Assembly (NCBI GenBank): GCA_025060085.1
Contig: JANXCM010000001.1
Location: forward strand, 1 to 46,002
Reading direction: 5' to 3'
Source: Patescibacteria group bacterium
Lineage (GTDB): Bacteria > Patescibacteriota > Minisyncoccia > UBA6257 > HR35
Length of the DNA: 46,002 nucleotides
Part shown: piece after piece, positions 28,104-38,839 of the stretch
Numbering within the stretch: the stretch's first letter is position 1
Layout: every line of letters begins with the position of its first letter
Made by a program: the position numbers and the translations under genes
Notes under the pieces: generated by a model
The model's database searches: none
What the model saw: only the letters and a program-made list of their open reading frames with translations
What the model was told of the DNA's origin: nothing

Positions 28104-29322
28104 TTATAAATTCAAAATTATTAAAGATAAAGGAGAATTTGAGGAAATAATTAGAAAAGATAAAAAAAATTTATCCAATTTACAAAATATTAACAATATT
28201 AATCAACTTCTCAAAGAAAATTTACCTCGTCAAAAAAAAATTTCTCCCTTATTGATTATTTTACCTATTTTTATTTTTTTAATCATTTCTTCCGTTTTAA
28301 TATTTATTTTTTTTAATCAACAGAAACAGCCTTCATCATTTACTCAAGATAACGGACAAGATGAAGAAAACATTTATCAAATATTTTCTGAAATTATTAA
28401 CACTTCTTCCCGAGAAGAAAACTTATCTCAAATTACAACTGAAGCGACGGCAACTATTAAAGATAATTTAATAATTGATAATGAAACTTCAACTCAACAG
28501 AAATCTTTTTCTACTATTGTTATTTCACTAGCTACTCCTCCATCAAAAGAAATCTTACAATCAACCCCTTCTGATTTAATAAAAACTGATGATAATCAAA
28601 AAAAAATTTTTAGTTCAGAGATAAAAAATGAAGATTCTATAAATAAAAATATTACTTCATCCATCGTAAACGAACCTCCATCTCCTTCTAGAGATGAAAT
28701 TCTTAATATTAAAACGAAAGAAATTATTAATCAAGGAACCTCTTTGGGTTTAATTTATTTTTCTTTTCCCATATTAGAAATTGAAGTTAAGAGTTTAAAT
28801 AATGAAGGTTTTAAAAATAGTTGGTTATCGCTGATGAAAATTCAAAAAAAAGCAGGTAAAATTTATCAAATTAAATTTATCTTCCAAAATCAAACTATCA
28901 GAGGAGATTTTATCAAAAATTATTTTTTAAATCCATCTTTTTTTATTGAAGAAAAGATTAAAAATAATTTTATTCAAAGTTTAAGTGATGATTATCAAAT
29001 TTTATTTTATTATACTCACACAAGAAAATTTCCTATTTTAATTTTCAAAATAAATAATGATATTCAAACTATTACCTTTATGCGTTTATGGGATAAAGAA
29101 ACTTTAATTAAAGATTTATTATTAACTCTTTTTAGTGGTTTACCCAAGGGCAATCCAATTAGAAATTTCACTTTAACTGAAAATTATGAAGGTATTGATT
29201 ATAAAATTGCCTATTTTGATAATGACTATAAATTGATTTGGACAATTTATAAAGATTACTTAATCATTTCTACCACTCTTAGTGGTTTTAGATATATAAT
29301 TAAAGATATGAAAAATTATTGA
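28090..29322 (+). CDS. hypothetical membrane-anchored protein
   Basis: 410-aa ORF with a single TM helix near residue 60 (LLIILPIFIFLIISSVLIFIFF), a low-complexity linker and an unrecognisable C-terminal domain. Confidence 0.45.
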   Translation: MNEDNYKFKIIKDKGEFEEIIRKDKKNLSNLQNINNINQLLKENLPRQKKISPLLIILPIFIFLIISSVLIFIFFNQQKQPSSFTQDNGQDEENIYQIFSEIINTSSREENLSQITTEATATIKDNLIIDNETSTQQKSFSTIVISLATPPSKEILQSTPSDLIKTDDNQKKIFSSEIKNEDSINKNITSSIVNEPPSPSRDEILNIKTKEIINQGTSLGLIYFSFPILEIEVKSLNNEGFKNSWLSLMKIQKKAGKIYQIKFIFQNQTIRGDFIKNYFLNPSFFIEEKIKNNFIQSLSDDYQILFYYTHTRKFPILIFKINNDIQTITFMRLWDKETLIKDLLLTLFSGLPKGNPIRNFTLTENYEGIDYKIAYFDNDYKLIWTIYKDYLIISTTLSGFRYIIKDMKNY

Positions 29323-29500
29323 TTTTAATTTATTTTTAATTTATAATTTTTTAATTTATAATTGTTATAATTAATTAAAAATATTCTTTTATATTACCTA
29401 ACTGAATTTTAAAAAGTTTTGTTTTTTACTTAATATTTCTTATTTTTATTTTAATTAAATTTTAATTAAATTCTTTATTTTAATTTTAAATATTTTAATA

Positions 29501-29911
29501 ATGCCAACCATTAATCAATTAATAAAAAAAGGTAGAAAAAAAAGAATAGCTAAAAAAAGAGCAACTGCCTTGTTGACTATTTTTAATTCTTTAAGAAAAA
29601 AAGAAAAAAATAATCCATCTCCTTTTAAAAGAGGAGTGTGTGTAAGGGTCTATACTATGACTCCTAAGAAACCCAATTCCGCTCTGAGAAAAGTAGCAAA
29701 GGTTAGATTGAGCAATGGAAAGGAAGTTACTGCTTATATTCCAGGAATTGGTCATAATCTTCAAGAACATTCTATTGTTCTTATTAGAGGAGGTAGAGTA
29801 AAAGATTTGCCAGGCGTAAGATATCATATAGTTAGAGGAATATATGATACTTTAGGGGTAGAAGGTAGAAAACAAGGACGGTCATTATATGGAACAAAAA
29901 AAGAGAAATAG
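29501..29911 (+). CDS. rpsL: 30S ribosomal protein S12
   Basis: [12 protein letters not shown]..., [19 protein letters not shown] and [33 protein letters not shown]. It carries a short basic insertion near the N-terminus. Confidence 0.95.
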   Translation: MPTINQLIKKGRKKRIAKKRATALLTIFNSLRKKEKNNPSPFKRGVCVRVYTMTPKKPNSALRKVAKVRLSNGKEVTAYIPGIGHNLQEHSIVLIRGGRVKDLPGVRYHIVRGIYDTLGVEGRKQGRSLYGTKKEK

Positions 29912-30403
29912 ATGCCTAGAAGAAAAATAATTATTAAAAGAAAATGGCAACCTGATCCTATTTATAATAGTATTGCTGCTACGAGATTTATTAATAATCT
30001 AATGAAAGACGGTAAAAAAACTGTTGCTCAAAGAATTTTTTACCAAGCTATTGACTATATTAGAGAAAAAACAGGAAATGATGGTTTTAAAATTTTTCAA
30101 CAAGCCTTAAAAAATGTTATGCCTACTTTGGAAGTTTGGCCAAGAAAAATAGCTGGAGCAAGTTATTTAGTTCCAAGAGTAGTTAGTCCCGAAAGAAGAT
30201 TTTATAAGGCGGTAAAATGGATTATTGCTGGTGCTCGAAGTAAAAAAGGTAAACCGATGTATATTAAATTAGCTGAAGAAATTATTGCTGCTTATAATAA
30301 CGAAGGTGAAGCAATCAAAAAGAAAATTGAAAGCCAAAAACAAGCTGAAGCTAATAAAGCTTTTGCTCACTTTGCTTGGTGGGGTCGAAAAAAGAAAAAA
30401 TAA
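29912..30403 (+). CDS. rpsG: 30S ribosomal protein S7
   Basis: MPRRK..., DPIYNS....FINNLMKDGKK, a central block reading PTLEVWPRKIAGASYLVPRVV where S7 proteins usually have a PxxEVxxRRVGGxxYQVP-type signature, and ANKAFAHFAWW. Confidence 0.9.
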   Translation: MPRRKIIIKRKWQPDPIYNSIAATRFINNLMKDGKKTVAQRIFYQAIDYIREKTGNDGFKIFQQALKNVMPTLEVWPRKIAGASYLVPRVVSPERRFYKAVKWIIAGARSKKGKPMYIKLAEEIIAAYNNEGEAIKKKIESQKQAEANKAFAHFAWWGRKKKK

Positions 30404-30406
30404 AAG

Positions 30407-32536
30407 ATGCCTAGATTATATCCTTTAGAAAAAACGAGGAACATAGGAATTATTGCTCATATTGATGCTGGTAAAACTACTACCACAGAGAGAATTTTAT
30501 ATTACACTGGAATTTCTCATAAAATTGGTGAAGTTCATGAAGGAACAACTGTTACTGATTGGATGCCTCAAGAAAGAGAAAGAGGAATAACAATTACCGC
30601 TGCAGCCATTACTTGTTTTTGGACCCAAACCTATTTAAAAAAAATTGAAAACAAAGAGGAAAGAATTAAGGGAGAATATAAAATAAATATTATTGATACA
30701 CCAGGACATGTAGATTTTACTGCTGAAGTAGAAAGATCATTAAGAGTTTTAGATGGAGCAGTAGTTGTTTTTGATGGAGTGCAAGGAGTTGAAGCTCAAT
30801 CAGAAACTGTTTGGCATCAAGCAGATAAATATCGCGTTCCAAGAATCTGTTTTATCAATAAACTAGATAGATTAGGAGCAAGCTTTGAAGATTCTTTACA
30901 TTCAATTAATGAAAGATTAACCAAAAATGCCTTACCTGTTACTATTCCTGTCGGCAGAGAAGAAAATTTTAGATCAGTAATAGATTTAATCTCTATGGAA
31001 TTAATTGATTTTGAAGGAGAAAAGGGTGAAATAGTAATAAGAAAAGATATTCCTCAAAATTTATTAAACGAAGCTGAAAAATATCGAAAATTGATGTTAG
31101 AAAAATTAGCTGAGAGCGACGAAGAGTTTATGAATAAATATTTAGAAGATAACTTTGATAAAAATGATATCCGCCAAGCTATTCGTCGAGCATGTCTTAA
31201 ATATGAATTTATTCCTGTCTATTGTGGTTCTTCTTTAAAAAACAGAGGTGTTCAATTAGTTTTAGATGGAGTAGTTGATTTTCTTCCTTCACCATTTGAT
31301 TTAAATGAAATTAAAGGTAATGATCCTAAGACCGGAGCAGAAATTACTAGAAAACCATCAGATTCTGATTACTTTTCTGCTTTGGCTTTTAAATTAGCTA
31401 TCGACCCTTTTGTTGGTACCTTAACTTATATTAGAATTTATTCTGGTACTTTAAAAAGAGGTGATACTGTTTTAAATACTAGAACAAATGAGACTTTTAG
31501 AGTAGGAAGATTAGTAGTAATGAAAGCTAATCAAAGGGAAGAAGTTGAAGAATTATTTGCCGGTGATATCGGAGCAATTGTAGGAGTAAAAGAATTAAAA
31601 ACTGGAGATACTATTTGTAATCCTAAAGAACCAATTATTTTAGAAACAATAAGATTTGCTGAGCCGGTTATTTGGATGAAAGTTGAACCAAAAACTAAAC
31701 AAGATCAGGAAAAAATGGGTATTTCCTTAAAAGCCTTAAGTGATGAAGATCCTACTTTTAAAATAAAAATTGATCAAGAAACAGGAGATACTTTAATTGG
31801 AGGAATGGGAGAACTTCATTTAGAAATTATGGTTGATAGGTTAAAAAGAGAGTTTAAAATTGAAACTAATGTTGGTGCTCCACAGGTAGCTTATCGGGAG
31901 ACTATAACCAAAGCAGTTGAAGCTGAAGGGAAATATATAAGACAAAGTGGTGGACGTGGGCAATATGGTCATGTAGTTATTAAAGTCGAACCATTAGAAA
32001 GAAATAAAGGTTTTGAGTTTATTAATGCTATCAAAAGTGGTGTTATTCCAGACAATTTTATTCCTGCAGTAGAAAAAGGTATTAGGGAAACTATTGAAAA
32101 GGGAGTTGTTGCTGGTTATCCTTTAACTGATTTAAAAATTACTCTTTTTGATGGTTCTTTTCATGAAGTAGACTCATCTGATTTAGCTTTTAAAATTGCT
32201 GCCGAAATTGCTCTAAAAGATGCAGTTAAAAAAGCCAATCCTATTTTTTTGGAGCCAATTATGAAATTAGAAGTTTTTGTTCCGGCTGATTTTTTAGGTG
32301 ATGTTACTGGCGATTTAGCTAGTCGTCGAGCGAAAATTGAAGAAGTTTCCGATTCAGGAGAAATGAAAAAAATTTTAGCTAAAGTACCACTGGCGGAAAT
32401 GTTTGGTTATGTAACCGTTTTAAGATCTCTGACTCAAGGAAGAGGTTTTAGTTATTTAGAATTTTCAAATTATCAAGAAGTTCCTCAATATCTTTTTGAT
32501 AATATTATTAATAATAGACAAACCACTCGAAGATAA
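30407..32536 (+). CDS. fusA: elongation factor G
   Basis: 709 aa with [51 protein letters not shown] and GELHLEI. Confidence 0.95.
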   Translation: MPRLYPLEKTRNIGIIAHIDAGKTTTTERILYYTGISHKIGEVHEGTTVTDWMPQERERGITITAAAITCFWTQTYLKKIENKEERIKGEYKINIIDTPGHVDFTAEVERSLRVLDGAVVVFDGVQGVEAQSETVWHQADKYRVPRICFINKLDRLGASFEDSLHSINERLTKNALPVTIPVGREENFRSVIDLISMELIDFEGEKGEIVIRKDIPQNLLNEAEKYRKLMLEKLAESDEEFMNKYLEDNFDKNDIRQAIRRACLKYEFIPVYCGSSLKNRGVQLVLDGVVDFLPSPFDLNEIKGNDPKTGAEITRKPSDSDYFSALAFKLAIDPFVGTLTYIRIYSGTLKRGDTVLNTRTNETFRVGRLVVMKANQREEVEELFAGDIGAIVGVKELKTGDTICNPKEPIILETIRFAEPVIWMKVEPKTKQDQEKMGISLKALSDEDPTFKIKIDQETGDTLIGGMGELHLEIMVDRLKREFKIETNVGAPQVAYRETITKAVEAEGKYIRQSGGRGQYGHVVIKVEPLERNKGFEFINAIKSGVIPDNFIPAVEKGIRETIEKGVVAGYPLTDLKITLFDGSFHEVDSSDLAFKIAAEIALKDAVKKANPIFLEPIMKLEVFVPADFLGDVTGDLASRRAKIEEVSDSGEMKKILAKVPLAEMFGYVTVLRSLTQGRGFSYLEFSNYQEVPQYLFDNIINNRQTTRR

Positions 32537-32540
32537 TTTA

Positions 32541-33068
32541 ATGCTTAAAAATGGTCAACTTTTATTAGAGGTTTTAGTGGGTATTCTTATTCTATCTTTT
32601 TTATCTTTAATTATCTTTTTAATATTTAACTTTCTTCCTGAAGTAATTAACACCATAGATGAATCAATTATTATTTATAACTTAGCTTTAAATTATAAAA
32701 ATATTCTTTTAGGTTTGTCCAGAACAAATTATTCCCTTTTTGAAGATTTAATCTATAATCAACCTTATTATTTAATAACTACTTCATCAGGATATGAAAT
32801 TAAAATTGGAAAGGAAATCATTAATGAATATGGATACTATCGTTGGTTTGAACTGATCGATGATTCTTTAATAAAGGTTTATCTTCAGACACCAAATAAT
32901 TTTTATAATTTCCCTTTTTCTTTGGTAAATATTAGGGAAAAAATTTTTGTTCAAGAAAATTGGCAAATAGCCACCACAGGGGTTATCAGAGTAGAAGAAA
33001 TTAGCAACCAATATTTAGAAAAATCAGCTAATATCGAAATCGATGGTCAAATTCGTCTTTCACAATAA
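32541..33068 (+). CDS. pseudopilin-like protein (type IV pilin-type N-terminus)
   Basis: The ATG at 32541 gives MLKNGQ-LLLEVLVGILILSFLSLIIFLIF. This is a short basic leader followed by a hydrophobic helix with Glu at about position +5 of the helix. Confidence 0.4.
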   Translation: MLKNGQLLLEVLVGILILSFLSLIIFLIFNFLPEVINTIDESIIIYNLALNYKNILLGLSRTNYSLFEDLIYNQPYYLITTSSGYEIKIGKEIINEYGYYRWFELIDDSLIKVYLQTPNNFYNFPFSLVNIREKIFVQENWQIATTGVIRVEEISNQYLEKSANIEIDGQIRLSQ

Positions 33069-33504
33069 ATCTTTTACTTTGATTGAACTTGTTATTTATC
33101 TTTTAATTATGAGCTCTTTGGGTATTTTGACAATGTTAGTTTTTTATGGTATAACATTTTATTCTAATGTTTATCTCGATAAAATCTTACTAAGAAATGA
33201 AATGTTTAATTTACTTTATAGACTTCATTTAAATTCTATTATTGCTACCTCCACTGAAGTTAGTTCTAGTAGTATTAAGTTTAATCTTAACCCCGAAGGT
33301 TATGAAAGGTTTTTTCTTTCCAATAACAAAATTTATTTTGAAGATCAAACAACTTCTACTCCTTATACTTCTGATAGGATAAAAGTTAATAATTTCGAAA
33401 TAAACACAACTTCAAATTTTTACCATATCTTTATTAAATTATCTGATAGATCGAACAATCACTCTTTAAGCTTAACAACAACTTTATATCTATGGAGTTT
33501 TTGA
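33043..33504 (+). CDS. prepilin-type N-terminal cleavage/methylation domain protein
   Basis: The N-terminus ...HNKS-FTLIELVIYLLIMSSLGILTMLVF matches the type IV pilin FTLIEL motif, with Ser in place of the usual Gly at -1. Confidence 0.55.
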   Translation: MVKFVFHNKSFTLIELVIYLLIMSSLGILTMLVFYGITFYSNVYLDKILLRNEMFNLLYRLHLNSIIATSTEVSSSSIKFNLNPEGYERFFLSNNKIYFEDQTTSTPYTSDRIKVNNFEINTTSNFYHIFIKLSDRSNNHSLSLTTTLYLWSF

Positions 33505-33896
33505 AAGAAGGGCAAGCAACTTTAATTTTTCTGATGGTAATTTTTTTACTCTGTTTTACCTTTCTAATTTTAATTGGTTTTATTTTATCTAAAGAAATAA
33601 ACATGTCAAAATTGGTAATTCTTAATGCTAAAATGTTTTACGGTCAACTATCAGTTCTTAATCTTTCCTTAAAAGAAATATTTACTAATGATTATTTAGA
33701 AAATACTGAAAAAAGCTTTGTAAATGATGAAATAAACTCTTATTTTAATTTACCGGAAATTAATCCTGAAGTCAAAAGTATCTCTGGTAATATTACTACT
33801 AAGTCAATTAACTTCCCTCTTGAATGGAAGTTTAATTTTACTTTGGAAAAGGATAATCAAGGATTGAAAAATTTAAGAATTTTTATTTTAGACTAG
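33492..33896 (+). CDS. pseudopilin-like hypothetical protein
   Basis: The N-terminus MEFLKEGQ-ATLIFLMVIFLLCFTFLILIGF is a leader plus a hydrophobic helix. It overlaps the preceding pilin gene. Confidence 0.35.
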   Translation: MEFLKEGQATLIFLMVIFLLCFTFLILIGFILSKEINMSKLVILNAKMFYGQLSVLNLSLKEIFTNDYLENTEKSFVNDEINSYFNLPEINPEVKSISGNITTKSINFPLEWKFNFTLEKDNQGLKNLRIFILD

Positions 33897-33907
33897 TTAA
33901 AATTTAA

Positions 33908-33993
33908 GCCGAGATGGCGGAATAGGTAGACGCCCAAGGCTCAGAACCTTGGAGGATGTATATCCTGTGTCGGTTCGAATCCGACTCTCGGCA
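33908..33993 (+). tRNA. tRNA-Leu (anticodon CAG)
   Basis: The acceptor stem is GCCGAGA/TCTCGGC. The D arm is GCGGAATAGGTAGACGC. The anticodon stem CAAGG/CCTTG carries the loop CTCAGAA. It has a long variable arm and the T arm GTCGGTTCGAATCCGAC. Confidence 0.9.
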
Positions 33994-34055
33994 TATTCTT
34001 GATAGTTTTTATTATAAAAATAGTAGTCGTAAATTAAATGTATTTTTATTTTTAA

Positions 34056-35831
34056 ATGATTAATAAATCTTTAGTTGATCAAAGAATTTTGGAAAGGAAA
34101 ACTACTCGAAAATTTAAACAAGTCACGAAAAATGGTTTTCTAAAAATTATTCCCCTTGGAGGACTGGAAGAGGTAGGTAGAAATTTGACTGTTTTTGAAT
34201 GGCAACCTGAAAAAGGTTCAGAGCAAATTATTATTCTTGATATGGGTTTAGGTTATCCTGAATCAGAAAATATGTTAGGAATCGATTATATTATTCCTAA
34301 TATTGAATATTTAGAGGATAAAAAGGACAAAATTCTAGGCATTCTAATAACTCACGGACATTATGATCATATTGGTTCTATTCCTTACATTATTGATAAA
34401 ATTGGCTACCCGCCTATTTATACTACTCCTCTTACTAAAGGTTTAATTCTTAAAAGACAAGAAGACTTTCCTCGGCTTCAAAAACTTGAGATTTATGAAA
34501 TAAAGAAAGAAGAATATAAACCCTTTAAATTAGGAGATTTTATTATTGATTATTTTCATGTTAATCATAATATTCCTGATTCTATAGGTTTTTTTATTAA
34601 AACTCCTGTAGGTAATATTCTTCATACTGGAGATTTTAAAATTGACTTTACTCCTTTTTTTGATAAGCCAGCAGATTTATCACGAATAGTTAAATTAGCT
34701 CATAACGGTGTTGATCTTTTAATGATTGATTCTACTAACGCTCCTGAAACTGGTCATATTATTTCTGAGAGAAAGATTATGGAAAACCTAGAAGAAGTTT
34801 TTAAAAGAGCTAAAGGAAGAATTATCGCTTCTACTTTCGCTTCCTTATTAGAACGAATTCAACAACTCATTTATTTAGCTGCTTTATATGGCCGAAGAGT
34901 AGTTATTGATGGTCATACGATGAGAATTAATGTTGAGGTTTCTAAAAAATTAGGTTATTTAAAATATGAAAAAGGAATTTTTATTAGACCCGAGGATTCT
35001 TTTAAACTTCCTCCTCATCGAGTATTAATTATTTGCACTGGTTCTCAAGCAGAAGAAGGATCAGCCTTAATGAGAATTGCCAATAAAGAACATCGTTATT
35101 TTAAAATTATCAATAATGATTCTGTTATTTTTTCTTCTTCAGTTATTCCTGGTAATGAAAGAATTATTCAAAATTTAAAAGATACTCTAACTAAACAGGG
35201 AGCAAGAATTTATCATTATCAGATGATGGATATCCATGCCTCTGGTCATGCTTTTGCCGATGATATAAGATTATTTATTAATCTTGTTAAACCAAATTAT
35301 TTGATGCCTGTTCATGGACATTATTTTATGATGAAAGCGGTTGAAGAAATAGGTATTGACCTAGGTATTCCCAAAGAAAAAATTATTATTGCTTCTAATG
35401 GTCAAGTTGTTAAAATGTTTCCTGATCAAATAGAGTTGACTAGCGAAAAAGTGCCAGCTAATTTAGTTTATGTTGATGGTTTAGGTTTAGGTAATATTGG
35501 TGATTTAGTTTTAAGAGATCGAAAAGCTTTAGCTGAAGAGGGAATATTTGTAATTATTGTCACTATTGATTCTCAATTAGGGGAAATTAAAACTAGCCCT
35601 GACATTATTTCTCGTGGTTTTGTTTTTCTCAAAGAATCAAAAGATTTATTGAACGAAGTAAGGAATCTCGCTCGTGATGTAGTTAATAAAAATACTAAAC
35701 ATTTAGGAGATGAAGCACCAGTTATTCAAGAGGAGCAAATTAAATACAGTCTTAAAGAAGAAATTTCCCAATTTCTTTATCGAAAAACACAAAGAAGACC
35801 AGTAGTTATTCCTGTTATAATAAAAGTTTAA
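34056..35831 (+). CDS. rnj: ribonuclease J (metallo-beta-lactamase/beta-CASP)
   Basis: 591 aa with IIPLGGLEEVGRN, ILITHGHYDHIGSIPY, HVNHNIPDS, IHASGHA and the C-terminal RNase J domain. Confidence 0.85.
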   Translation: MINKSLVDQRILERKTTRKFKQVTKNGFLKIIPLGGLEEVGRNLTVFEWQPEKGSEQIIILDMGLGYPESENMLGIDYIIPNIEYLEDKKDKILGILITHGHYDHIGSIPYIIDKIGYPPIYTTPLTKGLILKRQEDFPRLQKLEIYEIKKEEYKPFKLGDFIIDYFHVNHNIPDSIGFFIKTPVGNILHTGDFKIDFTPFFDKPADLSRIVKLAHNGVDLLMIDSTNAPETGHIISERKIMENLEEVFKRAKGRIIASTFASLLERIQQLIYLAALYGRRVVIDGHTMRINVEVSKKLGYLKYEKGIFIRPEDSFKLPPHRVLIICTGSQAEEGSALMRIANKEHRYFKIINNDSVIFSSSVIPGNERIIQNLKDTLTKQGARIYHYQMMDIHASGHAFADDIRLFINLVKPNYLMPVHGHYFMMKAVEEIGIDLGIPKEKIIIASNGQVVKMFPDQIELTSEKVPANLVYVDGLGLGNIGDLVLRDRKALAEEGIFVIIVTIDSQLGEIKTSPDIISRGFVFLKESKDLLNEVRNLARDVVNKNTKHLGDEAPVIQEEQIKYSLKEEISQFLYRKTQRRPVVIPVIIKV

Positions 35832-35852
35832 ATTTTAAGTTTCAAATTAATT

Positions 35853-38454
35853 ATGCTTAAGTTTCATTCTATCTCTGTAGAGGAACTTTTAAATATTTTA
35901 AATAGCAATCTTAATGGCCTTTCTAACCAAGAAGCTTTAAAAAGATTAGAAGCTACAGGTAAAAATATTATTCCTGAAGAAAAAATATCTGTTTTTAGAA
36001 TTTTTTTAAAAAATATTAAAAATGTATTTAATTTTGTTCTATTTTTTGCTTTAATTTTAACTTTAGTTTTGAATAAATACACCGACTCGTTTTTTTAATA
36101 CTTTTATTGGTTTTTTCTTTGAATTAAGGACAGAAAAAACTTTACAAAAATTAAAAGAATTATTAAAACCTAAAGCCAAAGTTATCAGAAATGGCGAACT
36201 TCTAGAAATTGAAAGCTCAGACTTAGTTCCTGGAGACATAATTTTAGTTGAAGAAGGCGATATTGTCCCAGCTGATATTAGATTTTTTGAAGTTGAAAAT
36301 TTAAAAGTTGATGAATCTATTTTAACAGGTGAATCATTGCCGGTTGAAAAAAATATTTCTGTTTTTCCTCAAGAAACACCTATTCCTGAACAAAAAAACA
36401 TAGGTTTTATGGGTAGTTATGTAGTTGAAGGTCGGGGAAGAGGAATTGTTTTCGCTACTGCTTTAAATACTTATATCGGAGGAATATATAAAAAGTTCCA
36501 AAAAATTCAAACTACTACTCCTCATTTTGAAAAACTTTCTCGAGATTTGATTTTAAGAATGTTTCTAATTGCTCTTTCCAGCGCAAGTATTATTCTCTTT
36601 TTTTCTTTTCAAAGAGATTATTTTTTAGCTGACACTCTTTTATTTGTATTATCAGCTTTTATTTCTTCTATTCCTGAAGGTTTGCCGATTATTATTAGTA
36701 TAGTTTTAGTTTTAAGCGCTTACAATCTTTCTAAAAAAAATGTTTTAGTTCGTAATCTTCAAGCTACTGAAAATTTATCTATAGTAAATTTACTTCTTTC
36801 AGACAAAACTGGTACTTTAACAGAGAATACAATGACAGTGAGAAAAATTTTTGTTAATAAGGAAGAAATTGAAATTACAGGCGAAGGTTTAAATTTAGAA
36901 GGAAAATTTTTGGTAAATAATAAAGAATTTAACATTCTTGAAAATTATCCTCTTATTAAAATTTTGAATATTTGTAGCATTGTTAGCGAAGCTGAATTAT
37001 TAAAGGATCACATTTTGAAATTTAAAGGAAATGCTAGAGATATTGCTTTACTTGTTATGGTTGAAAAATCAGGTATTAATAGAGAAACTATTTTAAATAG
37101 AGAAAAAATTATAAAAAGAGAACCTTTTTCAAGAATTAAAAAATATAAAAAAGTTATCGTTGAACATGAAAAGGTTGAATCTTATTATATTGGTGCTTTT
37201 GAAAGTATTATAAATATTTCTAAATTTATTTTACTTCAAGAAGGTATATTTAATTTTGAGAATAAAAAATATATTTTAGAAAAAGCTTTAAATTATGCCC
37301 AAAATGGCTTTTCTGTTTTAGCAGTGGCTTTTAATATTGGCGAAAGCGAAGAAAATTTAATTTTTGTCGGTTTAATAGCTCTTTATGATCCTCCTAAAAG
37401 GGGAGTTAAAGAAACTATCCAAAAATTGAAAAAGGCAGGTATTGAAACAAAAATTTTAACAGGAGATCATAAAGAAACAGCCATTTACATTGCTAAAGAA
37501 ATCGGATTTGATAATTTAACTACTCTTTATCAATCTGAAATTGAAAATTTAGATGAAGAAGAATTAAAAAGAAAAATAGCAAAAACATCAATCTTTGCAA
37601 GAATAACACCAGAAACCAAATTGAAGATTTTAGATCTTTATCAAAAATTAGGTTACTCAGTAGCTTATATTGGAGATGGTGTCAATGATGTTTTAAGTTT
37701 AAAAAAAGCAGAAGTAGGTGTTTGCATGGGAGAACGTGGTTCAGAAATTGCCAAACAAGCTAGCGATATTATCTTAATGGATGACCATATTGAAAGCCTT
37801 TCTCGTTCTGTTTCCGAGGGAAGAAAAATATTTAATAATCTTCGTCGGGTAGTTTTTTTTCTCATCACTACAAATGTTGCTGAGAGTCTAACTATTATTA
37901 CTGCTCTTATTTTAGGCTATCCTTTTATTCTTAAACCTACCCATATATTATTTTTAAATTTTGTTACCGATACTTTAGTAGGAACAACTCTAGCTTTCGA
38001 AAGAGAACATGGATATGAACTTCAAAGTAAACCTAGAAAAACCAATGAATCTTTAATAAATCTAAATTTAATTCCTTTTTTGTTAATGATGTCTACCATT
38101 ATGACTATTTTAACAGTCATGATATTTTCAACTGAATTTTTATATGATCTTGAAAAAGCAAGAACCTATGCTTTTTTAGTAATGAGCTTTACTCAACTTT
38201 ACAATGCTATCAACTTAAGATCATTAAACTCAAATATATTTAAATTAAGTTTTAAATTTAACCCCTATATAGTTTTTGGTTTAACATTTTCCTTACTACT
38301 TCAATATCTTGTTATCTTTAATCCTACACTTAGAGGTTTATTAGGATTTTCAAAAATTACCCTTATTGAGTTTTTAGTTGTTTTAATATTAAGCTCATTA
38401 GTTTTTTTTGCTTCTGAATTTTATAAGTTTATAAGAAATAGGTTGAAAAAGTAA
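35853..38454 (+). pseudogene. P-type (P2-like, Ca2+/Mg2+-type) cation-transporting ATPase, disrupted by a frameshift in a T7 run
   Basis: Frame A (35853-36098) encodes the Cation_ATPase_N-like start SVEELLNILNSNLNGLSNQEALKRLEATGKNIIPE plus TM1. Frame B is open from 36073 and continues NTFIGFFFELRTEKTLQKLKELLKPKAKVIRNG...VDESILTGESLPVEK...DKTGTLT...TGDHKETA...GDGVNDVLSLKKAEVG. The two frames overlap only at the T7 run 36090-36096 followed by TAA. Confidence 0.8.
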
Positions 38455-38526
38455 ATCAAACAATATTTATCAATTTTCTTTTTCTGGATTTATCCTATAT
38501 AATAATTAATAGGAGGTGATCTCTAT

Positions 38527-38703
38527 ATGAGCTTAAAGAAACTGCTATCCAAAATTCTTTCGAGTCCGACGACCTACTTTTTATTAGCTGCAGTTAACAT
38601 CGCAATAGCGTCAGTTGGTAGCAGCAAGATAGCAGTTTTTGCTATTATTTGGCTTGCTATCGGCGCTTTTATTCTTGAAAAAAGGAGCTTAGATTTGAAG
38701 TAA
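38527..38703 (+). CDS. 58-aa two-helix hydrophobic peptide with a canonical Shine-Dalgarno sequence
   Basis: AGGAGGTGA (38511-38519) lies 7 nt upstream of ATG 38527. The product is MSLKKLLSKILSSPTTYFLLAAVNIAIASVGSSKIAVFAIIWLAIGAFILEKRSLDLK. A strong terminator hairpin follows. It is below the ORF-track size cut-off. Confidence 0.55.
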   Translation: MSLKKLLSKILSSPTTYFLLAAVNIAIASVGSSKIAVFAIIWLAIGAFILEKRSLDLK

Positions 38704-38745
38704 GGATCCCGTAACTTTATAAAGACGGGATCCTTTATAATTTTT
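38702..38745 (+). terminator. intrinsic terminator
   Basis: An 11-bp stem AAGGATCCCGT/ACGGGATCCTT (38702-38712 / 38725-38735) followed by the T-rich TATAATTTTTATTT. Confidence 0.7.
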
Positions 38746-38839
38746 ATTTAAAATATATTAAATTTTTTGAAAATTTTAATTTAAACATTATTAGCTAATT
38801 AATTTAAAATTATGATAAATTTATCAAAATTACTAACTA

